Assembly: GCA_029938235.1 (NCBI GenBank)
Contig: JAOZVH010000004.1
Location: 1 to 37,372 of the forward strand
Direction of reading: 5' to 3'
Length of the DNA stretch: 37,372 bases
Origin: Bacteroidales bacterium
GTDB taxonomy: Bacteria; Bacteroidota; Bacteroidia; Bacteroidales; 4572-128
Each line of letters starts with the position of its first letter. The stretch's first letter is position 1. Below are positions 1 through 8,166 of the stretch, piece by piece. The notes below the pieces were generated by a model. The model did not search any database. It saw only the letters and a list, made by a program, of their open reading frames with translations, and had not been told where the DNA came from. Position numbers and translations under genes: made by a program.

Positions 1-8
1 TGTAAATG

Positions 9-16
9 CAAAGATA
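9..16 (-). promoter_or_regulatory. Bacteroidota -7 promoter core TATCTTTG firing out of the left window edge
   Basis: The reverse strand reads TATCTTTGCA, matching the Bacteroidota primary-sigma TAnnTTTG consensus. Confidence 0.5.
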
Positions 17-21
17 ATATT

Positions 22-1272
22 TTATACGGAAAAACTTTTAAAAGAGTACTTATCACTTCCAGAATATTTATAATTCTTTCCAGCTTTCGCTGCATATTCC
101 CATTCTACTTCTGTTGGCAATCTTCCTCCTGCCCATTTACAATATGCTTTTGCTCCATACCAAGTAACTTCAATCACAGGATGATTATTTTTTCCTGACT
201 TAGATACAAAACGCCCATTACTTTTTTCTATCTGACAATCACTATCATCAATATCAAGCCAAGTTACTCCGCCTTCTGTTTGGTTTCCTTTTTCATTTAA
301 AAATTCGCAATATTCTTTATTTGTTACTTCATATTTTCCTATATAAAAATCAGAAACTGTTACCTGATGAATAGGTTTTTCATCATCGTCAGCTTCGCTA
401 TCATTACTTCCCATATTAAAAGTTCCTCCCTTTACAAAAATAAGACCTTCTTTTTCTTCTTTTTTCTTGTTACTTTTTTTAATTTTTTGTAAAAAAATAT
501 CTTTTTCATTTTGGTTTAAACTTTTCCAAGTTTCATAAATATCACAATTTTTATTATCTACAATTTCAATATTTCCAATATCTTTTTTAAAATTAGTTTT
601 TTCATTTTCTGATAAATTTCCCCAAATTTCATAAATATCATGGTCTTTATTATTTCCAATATTTTTTTTCAAAAATTTTTCTTTAATATTTTCATTTTGA
701 TTTTTATACAAGTTTTCGAATAAATTATCAATTAAATTAATACTTACAATTTTAAACCTTTCGAAATCTTTTGAATTTTTCTTTTTCCTAAAAGAGATTT
801 GAAATTGCAAATAAGACAATTCTTTATGTTGAGTTTCTGTTATGGTATAATTTCCATCTATATATAATTTGAGGTACAAATTGATATAAAATTTATTTTT
901 TTCATATTCAGTAATTTTTCCCTCAGTAATAAAACTTTCGAAACTAACTTTAGTTTCTCCATACCACGCACGAATATTTCCTAAATATTCGTCTATGCTA
1001 TATGTTCCGTTTTCAATTTCAGGAACCAAATTATTATAAACGGGTACCATTTTATTAGAAAATAATTTTAAAACGGCATTTTTAAAAATTGTAATTTCAT
1101 AATTATCTTCTTCATAACTTGCGTCTAAATAATTTTGCAAATGATTTATATAATCATCAGTAACATTTTTATAGTTCGCTCTGATAATTCTTTTTTGTAT
1201 TATGTCAAAATCCTGTGAATACGAAAATTTAAACATCAAAAACAATATTATTAACAAAATATTTTTTTTCAT
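22..1272 (-). CDS. Secreted protein with N-terminal NTF2-like domain and C-terminal formylglycine-generating enzyme (FGE-sulfatase/SUMF1) domain, 3'-truncated (possible pseudogene)
   Basis: Signal peptide MKKNILLIILFLMFKFSYSQ. FGE motifs IFVKGGTFNMGS, DEKPIHQVTVSDFYIGKYEVTN, HPVIEVTWYGAKAYCKW and RLPTEVEWEYAA are present. The ORF stops soon after YSGSD, before the usual N-x-x-GLYDMSGNVWEW and GFR half of the domain. Confidence 0.85.
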   Translation of the reverse strand: MKKNILLIILFLMFKFSYSQDFDIIQKRIIRANYKNVTDDYINHLQNYLDASYEEDNYEITIFKNAVLKLFSNKMVPVYNNLVPEIENGTYSIDEYLGNIRAWYGETKVSFESFITEGKITEYEKNKFYINLYLKLYIDGNYTITETQHKELSYLQFQISFRKKKNSKDFERFKIVSINLIDNLFENLYKNQNENIKEKFLKKNIGNNKDHDIYEIWGNLSENEKTNFKKDIGNIEIVDNKNCDIYETWKSLNQNEKDIFLQKIKKSNKKKEEKEGLIFVKGGTFNMGSNDSEADDDEKPIHQVTVSDFYIGKYEVTNKEYCEFLNEKGNQTEGGVTWLDIDDSDCQIEKSNGRFVSKSGKNNHPVIEVTWYGAKAYCKWAGGRLPTEVEWEYAAKAGKNYKYSGSDKYSFKSFSV

Positions 1273-1310
1273 TTTTTTTTCATTTTTTTTTAATAAAATT
1301 AAAAAAAATT

Positions 1311-1318
1311 TAATTTTG
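1311..1318 (+). promoter_or_regulatory. -7 promoter core TAATTTTG for the 1333/1782 gene pair
   Basis: TAnnTTTG match 14 nt upstream of ATG 1333. Confidence 0.5.
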
Positions 1319-1332
1319 TAAAAAAAAAATTT

Positions 1333-1758
1333 ATGAAAAATATTTCATTAAAAAAACTTTATATTATTACTTCTATTTTATTTTTTGTTCTTGTTATATT
1401 AACAATAATTAATGTTAAAAATAAAAAAAATGGTATTGAAATAATAGAAAAAAAAGTTCGATATAAAAATTATCTAAAAATTATTTCAGATGTTTCAAAT
1501 ATTTTAAATGAAATAATTAATGACAATAATGAAAATGATTCTTTAAAAAAAGACAAATTAAAGCATTTTTTTAAAACAAATGCTATAGTAATAATTAAAA
1601 AAGGTAAACGTCTTTCTGACGTTAAAAAAATAAATGAATATTTGACAAATATTTCTATAAATAAAAAAACTATTAAAGAGATTATTGTTGAAGAAATTCT
1701 TTTGAATAAAGATAGTTTAATAAATAAAGTTAGTTTAAGCGAGACTTGGAAAAATTAA
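1333..1758 (+). CDS. Hypothetical membrane-anchored protein (small NTF2-like domain)
   Basis: N-terminal TM helix. The motif HFFKTNAIVII...KKINEYLTNI resembles segments of both neighbouring ORFs. Confidence 0.7.
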   Translation: MKNISLKKLYIITSILFFVLVILTIINVKNKKNGIEIIEKKVRYKNYLKIISDVSNILNEIINDNNENDSLKKDKLKHFFKTNAIVIIKKGKRLSDVKKINEYLTNISINKKTIKEIIVEEILLNKDSLINKVSLSETWKN

Positions 1759-1781
1759 AATTTAATTTAAAAATATAAAAA

Positions 1782-2387
1782 ATGTATAAAAAAAAAGTTC
1801 TATTTTTGATTTTTATGATTTTAATAAAAATCACGGTTTATTCTCAGGACAGCTTAAATCTTGTTAATGAATTTAATCTTGATCATCAAGCTTTGAAAGA
1901 TTTTAAAAAAGCAACAAATGATAAATTGATTTCTTTAACGAATAATATCATAAAAATTACTTCTAAAACAACAAAAGAATCGAAAAAAGACATTATTATA
2001 AATAATACGGTTTTATTATTTACTAAGAAAGCAAAAATAGAAGTTTCTAAAATTTCTTCTGACGGGAAAAAAAAATTTGTAAAGTCTTATCCTATAAGAG
2101 AATATCTTACAAGATTAAAAAAACTCCTCTATACAAAATGCGAAATTTCATATTATGATCTTTCTTATTTGTCTAATTTTCAATTGGGTCCAGACGGTCA
2201 TTATTATGCTGTTGCTACGGTTTTTCAAAAGTTTGTCGGATATCAAGATGAAAATGTTATTTATTATGATAAAACAAAAAAGCAAATAAGTATCAGATTA
2301 GAATGGCGATATGACGAAGTTTTTAAAAAATATAGATGGATGATATTATTTGGAGATACACAAGTTATTGAAACAAAAAAACACTGA
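1782..2387 (+). CDS. Hypothetical secreted protein (Bacteroidota-type, probable NTF2/SnoaL-like fold)
   Basis: Signal peptide ending VYS-Q; motifs YPIREYLTRL, PDGHYYAVATVFQKFVG, YYDKTKK, WMILFGD. Confidence 0.8.
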   Translation: MYKKKVLFLIFMILIKITVYSQDSLNLVNEFNLDHQALKDFKKATNDKLISLTNNIIKITSKTTKESKKDIIINNTVLLFTKKAKIEVSKISSDGKKKFVKSYPIREYLTRLKKLLYTKCEISYYDLSYLSNFQLGPDGHYYAVATVFQKFVGYQDENVIYYDKTKKQISIRLEWRYDEVFKKYRWMILFGDTQVIETKKH

Positions 2388-2412
2388 TTTTTTACGAATT
2401 TTATAATTTATA

Positions 2413-2758
2413 AAAAAATTTTTTTCAAAATTCGTCCAAAATTTTAATATTTTTAAATTTCAAAATAAAAAAAATTTTTTTCAAAAATCGTAAAAATTTT
2501 AAGATTTTTAAATTTCAAAATAAAAAAAATTTTTTTTTCAAAAAACGTAAAAATTTTAAGATTTTTAAATTTCAAAATAAAAAAAATTTTTTTCAAAAAA
2601 CGCCCAAAATTTCAAATATTTTAATTTCAAGATAAAAAATTTTTTTTCAAAAAACGCTCAAAATTTCAAATATTTTAATTTCAAAATAAAAAAATTTTTT
2701 TTTTCAAAAAACGCTCAAAATTTCAAATATTTTAATTTCAAAATTAAAAAAAATTTTT
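2413..2758 (+). repeat. Tandem array of 6 units (~54-57 bp) of the A/T-tract satellite
   Basis: Cores TCAAAA(A/T)(A/T)CG start at about 2425, 2481, 2538, 2593, 2647 and 2704. Unit approximates TTTTTTCAAAAATCGTCCAAAATTTTAATATTTTTAAATTTCAAAATAAAAAAAA. Confidence 0.9.
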
Positions 2759-3406
2759 TGGCAAATTTGCAATAATTTCAATTTCTTCTTTTTTAACAGG
2801 GTGTATAAATTTTATTCTTTTAGAATGCAAAGATATTCCAAGATTTTTATTTGGAAAAGAAAAACCATATTTTACATCACCAATAATTGGCGAACCAATT
2901 TTAGATAATTGACTTCTAATTTGATGATGTCGTCCTGTTTCCAAATTTATTTCTAATAGAAATTTATTTTTTATTTTTTTTTTTACATAATAATGCATTA
3001 TTGCCATTTTGGAATTTGCAATTTCTTTATCATAAGAATATGATTTATTTTGTTTTCTATTTCTGTAAATAAAATGTTTTAAAGTTGCATCTTTTTTTTG
3101 GGGACATTTTTTTACCAAAGCGAAATATGTTTTTTCAATATCTCTTTCTTTAAATAATTTATTCAAACGACTAAGAGATTTAGATGTTTTCGCAAATAAA
3201 ACCACACCACTAACAGGTCTATCTATTCGATGAACAATTCCTAAAAAAACATTGCCTTTTTTAAAATATTTTTTTTTTATGAAAATTTTCAACTTTTCCG
3301 ACAAACTTAAATCATTAGTTTTGTCGGATTGAACAATGTCAGAAGTTTTTTTATTTACTGCTATGATATGATTATCTTCATACAAAATTGAAATGTCATC
3401 AATCAT
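2744..3406 (-). CDS. RluA-family RNA pseudouridine synthase
   Basis: ILYEDNHIIAVNK, catalytic HRIDRPVSG, LETGRHHQIR, PIIGDVKYG. Confidence 0.95.
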   Translation of the reverse strand: MIDDISILYEDNHIIAVNKKTSDIVQSDKTNDLSLSEKLKIFIKKKYFKKGNVFLGIVHRIDRPVSGVVLFAKTSKSLSRLNKLFKERDIEKTYFALVKKCPQKKDATLKHFIYRNRKQNKSYSYDKEIANSKMAIMHYYVKKKIKNKFLLEINLETGRHHQIRSQLSKIGSPIIGDVKYGFSFPNKNLGISLHSKRIKFIHPVKKEEIEIIANLPKNFF

Positions 3407-3412
3407 TTAAAT

Positions 3413-4720
3413 TTATTTTTTTCTCATAAAAATATTAATTGGAACTCCGGTAAAATTAAATTTTTTTCGCAAAGAATTTTCAAGATAACGTTTATAAGAC
3501 TCTTTAATATATTGCGGTAAATTACAAAAAAACGCAAAATTTGGTGCGTGAGTTGGTAATTGCATTACATATTTAATTTTTACAAATTTCCCTTTCAAAG
3601 ACGGAGGTTTTATCGCATCAATCAATGGTAACATAACTTCATTTAATTTGGAAGTGGAAATTTTTTGTTTTCTATTTTTATAAACTCCTATAGCTTCATC
3701 TAAACTTTTTAAAACTCTTTGTTTATTTTTTACAGAAGCAAAAATAATCGGAATATCAACAAAAGGAGCAAATTTTTTTAAAATTTCCTCTTGATAATTT
3801 TTTGCTGTGTTTGTTTCTTTTTCTTCTACTAAATCCCACTTATTTATTATTATAACTACACCTTTATGATTTTTTCTTATTATTTCAAAAATATTTACGT
3901 CCTGAGACTCAACTCCATGGGTTGCATCTATCATCAATAAACAAACATCAGAACTTTCTATTGCACGTATAGAACGAATGACAGAATAAAATTCTACATC
4001 TTCATTAACTTTATTTTTTTTCCTAACTCCGGCTGTATCCACAAGAATAAAATTATGTCCAAATTTATTATAAGGAGTGTTTATTGTGTCTCGTGTTGTT
4101 CCGGAAATTTTAGTTACAATATTTCGTTCCTCTCCTATTAAAGCATTAATTAGAGATGATTTACCAACATTTGGACGACCAACAATTGCAAATTTTGGAA
4201 TCTCAATTTCTTCTTCTTCATTTTCTTTGGTAAAAGAACTTACAACTTCATCTAATAAATCACCAGTTCCGGAACCGTTAATGGAAGAAATCGGATAAAT
4301 TTCACCCATTCCAAGGGAATAAAAAACATTCGCATCCATTAAAAGTTGGTTATTATCTGTTTTATTTACAACAAGAAAAACTTTTTTTTCACTTTTTCGC
4401 AAAATATTTGCAACTTCTTCGTCAGAAATTGTTATTCCGGAAAAAACATCAACAAGAAATAAAATAATATCTGCTTCTTCTATGGCAAGAACAACCTGTT
4501 TTTTTATTTCTTTTTCAAAAATATCTTCTGAATTATTTATATAACCTCCAGTATCAACAACAGAAAAATCTATTCCGTTCCAGAAAGATTTTCCATAATG
4601 TCTATCTCTTGTTACTCCGCTACTTTCGTGAACGATTGCTTTTTTTTGACCTGTTAATCTATTAAAAAAAGTCGATTTACCAACATTTGGTCTTCCAACT
4701 ATTGCAACTAAATTGCCCAT
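3413..4720 (-). CDS. der: Ribosome biogenesis GTPase Der (EngA)
   Basis: Two G domains (GRPNVGKS twice; DTGG/DTAG; NKTD/NKWD) plus a C-terminal KH-like domain. Confidence 0.98.
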   Translation of the reverse strand: MGNLVAIVGRPNVGKSTFFNRLTGQKKAIVHESSGVTRDRHYGKSFWNGIDFSVVDTGGYINNSEDIFEKEIKKQVVLAIEEADIILFLVDVFSGITISDEEVANILRKSEKKVFLVVNKTDNNQLLMDANVFYSLGMGEIYPISSINGSGTGDLLDEVVSSFTKENEEEEIEIPKFAIVGRPNVGKSSLINALIGEERNIVTKISGTTRDTINTPYNKFGHNFILVDTAGVRKKNKVNEDVEFYSVIRSIRAIESSDVCLLMIDATHGVESQDVNIFEIIRKNHKGVVIIINKWDLVEEKETNTAKNYQEEILKKFAPFVDIPIIFASVKNKQRVLKSLDEAIGVYKNRKQKISTSKLNEVMLPLIDAIKPPSLKGKFVKIKYVMQLPTHAPNFAFFCNLPQYIKESYKRYLENSLRKKFNFTGVPINIFMRKK

Positions 4721-4738
4721 TTTATTTTATTTTTTTTG

Positions 4739-4746
4739 CAAATTTA
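4739..4746 (-). promoter_or_regulatory. -7 promoter core TAAATTTG for der-rluA
   Basis: The reverse strand reads TAAATTTGCA, 18 nt upstream of the der ATG. Confidence 0.55.
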
Positions 4747-5268
4747 GAAAATTTATTAAAAAAAAACTTAATTTCAATAATTTTTTTTTATTCGTTTTTT
4801 ATATATAAAAATATCCTTCATTTTTTTATGATAAAATAGAATTTTTATATGATGTATCTGGATATATTTTATCCAAAATAATATTCATTGTAATTCTATA
4901 TTATTTGCAAAAAATATATTATATATATTCAAAAACATCAATACAATTAATAGATTTTGGATATAACATAATTGGCAAATTATGATAATAATAATAAAAA
5001 ATGTTAATTTATTACCAAAAAATTTAATTTTTGTATAAATATGGTGGTCATACAAAATGTTAATTTTACGTTATGCATAAAATTGGAAATATCAAATTAA
5101 TGAAAAATCTTTATAATGACATAATAAGATATATCTAAAAACAATTTGATTTCAAAATCTTGTTTAATGTATGACATTATTATTTGCTCATTTATTATAG
5201 ATAAAATTTTAAGCCATGACATTTTTTTAACATTTGTGTTTAAAAAAACACAAATGTTAAAAAAATTA

Positions 5269-6489
5269 TTAATTAATATTCCAATTTTCATTTAAAATTT
5301 TAAGTTTTATAGCAAGAGAAATAATTTTTTCAGCACGTTTTACAACAGGTGGGTCTATCATTTTTGTACCAAGAGAAACTACTCCGAGACCTTTTTTTTC
5401 TGCTTCTTGAAATGCAATAATTATTTTTTTCGCTTTTTCTATTTCGTCCTTTTTAGGAGCAAAATTTTCATTAATAACTTTTATTTGTCTTGGATGTATG
5501 CAACCCATACCTTCGAAACCTAATGCTCTGGAAACTTTTACTGTTTCTTCTAAGGCTTTCATATCAGCAACATCAGAAAAAACAGAATCTATCGCCTGAA
5601 TTCCAACAGCTTTACAAGCATTTACAATTCTTGTTCTTGCATAAAAAGATTCTCTTGCTCCTTTTGTTCTGCTTACTCCTAAATCTGCGGTGAAATCTTC
5701 CAAACCTATGGCTAAAGAAACAACATTTTCTGAAGAAGATGCAATTTCAAAAGCATTTTCAACTCCCAATGCACTTTCAATAATTGGCATAAAATAAATT
5801 TTAGAAATTTCTTTTTTGTTTTTCAAAAAAATTTCTTTTATTTTATCTTCAATTTTTAGAATTTGTTTTGCATTTTCGCACTTTGGAACAAGAATTAAAT
5901 TAACATTATGAGGAACAATAAAATTTAAATCTTCCAATCCTCTTTCACCTTGATTAATTCGCACCATACGTTCTGCACCATAAAAATTAACCGCTCTGAG
6001 AGAATTTCTAATTAACAAACGAGCCTCTTCTTTTTTTGTAATTGCTACAGAATCTTCTAAATCGAGAATAATACCATTTGGTTTGTGAATACCTGCATTT
6101 AACATCATACTCGGAGTATTTCCGGGCAAATACAATCTTGAAAAACGAAAATTATCTTTTCCAATGGAATAAGAATTTTCTTCCAAAAAATCAGGCAAAA
6201 ACTCTAAATCTGTTTTCATTAATTGTCGAACACAAGCCTCAAACCTTGCCATTAAAACATGAACCAAAGCTCCTTTATCTAAAATATCAATCCTCACATT
6301 TTCTATGGAAAAAAAATTACACCCATCTTTTATTAATTTAACAATAGATTTTCCAAAAATTGCTTTTACTTTGCTTTTTAAAAAAATTTCTATTCCACCA
6401 TTTTTTGTTAATTCCATAGAAATAAAACAATCAGAACGAACTTTTTTTCCATTATTCCCAGCAAAAACCACTTTATTATAAATTCCCAT
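5269..6489 (-). CDS. citE: Citrate lyase acyl-carrier (CitD-like) domain fused to citrate lyase beta subunit (CitE, HpcH/HpaI aldolase fold)
   Basis: N-terminal ~90 aa are CitD-like (GGIEIFLKSKVKAIFG, DKGAL...ARFE). The C-terminal part has CitE motifs RLYLPGN, ILDLEDSV, VRIN, PIIESALG, GLEDFTADLG, GMGCIHPRQI and MIDPPVV. Confidence 0.9.
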   Translation of the reverse strand: MGIYNKVVFAGNNGKKVRSDCFISMELTKNGGIEIFLKSKVKAIFGKSIVKLIKDGCNFFSIENVRIDILDKGALVHVLMARFEACVRQLMKTDLEFLPDFLEENSYSIGKDNFRFSRLYLPGNTPSMMLNAGIHKPNGIILDLEDSVAITKKEEARLLIRNSLRAVNFYGAERMVRINQGERGLEDLNFIVPHNVNLILVPKCENAKQILKIEDKIKEIFLKNKKEISKIYFMPIIESALGVENAFEIASSSENVVSLAIGLEDFTADLGVSRTKGARESFYARTRIVNACKAVGIQAIDSVFSDVADMKALEETVKVSRALGFEGMGCIHPRQIKVINENFAPKKDEIEKAKKIIIAFQEAEKKGLGVVSLGTKMIDPPVVKRAEKIISLAIKLKILNENWNIN

Positions 6490-6576
6490 TTTTTTTATTT
6501 AAAAATTTTAAAAAATTAAAATTAAAATTAAAATTAAAAAAAAAACGTTTTTTTTGAAAAAATTTTTTTTATTATT

Positions 6577-7668
6577 ATGAAATACTTTTTGGTTATAGCA
6601 ATTTTTTTATCTTTTTTTATTGAAAAAAATTATTCACAAACACAAGATGATTTGAATTTTGGTTTAATTTTATCAGCAGAACAAAATGAAAAAGATTCAT
6701 TAATAAAATTTATTGAAAAAGGTGCAAATGTAAATTCTATGACAAAAAACGGTGTAACTTCGTTAATGTATGCTTGCCAGAATAAAAATAAAGAAATAGT
6801 ATCTATTTTAATTAAAAACGGTGCTGATTTAAATATTTCTCCGAAAGATGGAGTTAGTGCCTTAATTCGTTCTTGTATGAATAATGATTTAGAGATTGTT
6901 AAACTGTTAATTTTTGCATTAGCAGAAGTAAATGTCTCTGATTCCATTTCAAAAAAAACCCCTTTACATTACGCTTTGGATTGGAAAAATAAAGAAATTA
7001 TAAATTATTTACTTGAAAATGAAGCAGATATTTATTATTCAAAAAATGACGAAATTTTAAATCCCATAGAATATTCGGATAAATATGAAGACAAAGAACT
7101 CTATAATTTATTATTAAATTATCAATGTAAAAAACCAATGGAGAATTTTGAAGAAGAAGAAAACTTTGAAGAGGAAGAAAATTTAGAAAAAATAAGTGCC
7201 GCTGAATTTTTTGAATATAAAAAACATTCCTTAGGTTTATCTGCTCATTTTTCATCAGATTTTATTTGGGGAGGAAATTTTGGAATACATGATATTATTA
7301 ATAATTACAGTTTATTTTTTGGTTTTGATGGTCGTATGTTTGCTAAAAGAATTATGATAGAAAAATCAAAAAATATTTTTTATCAATATTGGGAGAGGCG
7401 ATTTTTACTTTATGCTAATGCAAATAAAACTTTTAAAATAAATGAAAATATTGGTTTTTTAATTGGAATGCGAGTAAGTTCAACATGGGGAAGTTATAGA
7501 GGTTCAGATGAAGGTACAGAAACGAAATTTATAATATCTCCACAATTGGGATTTTCAAATGTTTCAAATGAAAATTTATTAATGAGAATTTTTTACGAAT
7601 ATATGGATTTTGCAGTGGAAGAATTTTCTCCACATAGATTTAATATAAGTTTTTCTTACATGTTTTAA
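6577..7668 (+). CDS. Ankyrin-repeat protein with predicted C-terminal outer-membrane beta-barrel
   Basis: Signal peptide; about 4 ankyrin repeats (GANVN...GVTSLMYAC, GADLN...GVSALIRSC, KTPLHYAL); acidic linker; amphipathic beta strands ending FNISFSYMF with terminal Phe. Confidence 0.8.
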   Translation: MKYFLVIAIFLSFFIEKNYSQTQDDLNFGLILSAEQNEKDSLIKFIEKGANVNSMTKNGVTSLMYACQNKNKEIVSILIKNGADLNISPKDGVSALIRSCMNNDLEIVKLLIFALAEVNVSDSISKKTPLHYALDWKNKEIINYLLENEADIYYSKNDEILNPIEYSDKYEDKELYNLLLNYQCKKPMENFEEEENFEEEENLEKISAAEFFEYKKHSLGLSAHFSSDFIWGGNFGIHDIINNYSLFFGFDGRMFAKRIMIEKSKNIFYQYWERRFLLYANANKTFKINENIGFLIGMRVSSTWGSYRGSDEGTETKFIISPQLGFSNVSNENLLMRIFYEYMDFAVEEFSPHRFNISFSYMF

Positions 7669-7682
7669 AAAATTTACGTTTT

Positions 7683-8096
7683 ATGAAAAAAATTTTTTTT
7701 ATTATTTTTTTTATTATTTTTTCTTTAAATTCTTGTTCTCTTATTTATGACGAAGAATTTTGCGAGGATTATAATTATAGCGGTTGTGATACTTATGAAC
7801 CTTATTCTTTCGATATGGAAATAGTAATTAGTTCCAGAAGCGAAGGTGTACCTGTTTGGTTTTATTCTGGAAATGTAGAAAATGGAACACTCTTATTTGC
7901 GGATACCGTTTATAGTACTTTTTATGAGGAGGTTATTTTTGGTGGAGAGTATTCTATAAAAGCAGAATATAAAGAAGGAGATAAAATAATTTTCGCAGTG
8001 GACGGTTGTAAACCGATAAAAAGGTCTACAAATAAATGTGATTCTGTTTGCTGGACAAGTTCACATTGTGATTTAGATGTTTCTTTGATATATTAA
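7683..8096 (+). CDS. Hypothetical Cys-rich lipoprotein
   Basis: Lipobox LNSC after a hydrophobic stretch; six further Cys residues. Confidence 0.75.
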   Translation: MKKIFFIIFFIIFSLNSCSLIYDEEFCEDYNYSGCDTYEPYSFDMEIVISSRSEGVPVWFYSGNVENGTLLFADTVYSTFYEEVIFGGEYSIKAEYKEGDKIIFAVDGCKPIKRSTNKCDSVCWTSSHCDLDVSLIY

Positions 8097-8139
8097 ATTT
8101 ATTTTTTTTCAAAAAATTTTTTTTTAAGAAAAAAGATTT

Positions 8140-8147
8140 TAAATTTG
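8140..8147 (+). promoter_or_regulatory. -7 promoter core TAAATTTG upstream of the Rpn gene
   Basis: TAnnTTTG match 19 nt before TTG 8167. Confidence 0.5.
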
Positions 8148-8166
8148 CTTTTTTTAAAAAAATAAT

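Noticed and set aside
22-1272. Diversity-generating retroelement target (FGE/CLec fold)
   Set aside because: The C-terminal variable-region half is missing. No reverse transcriptase or adenine-variant template repeat was seen. The AACAACATTGG...GTTTCG at 37012-37050 is explained by a hairpin.
5097-5291. 64-aa ORF overlapping the citE end
   Set aside because: No motif and low complexity; treated only as part of a possible decayed remnant.
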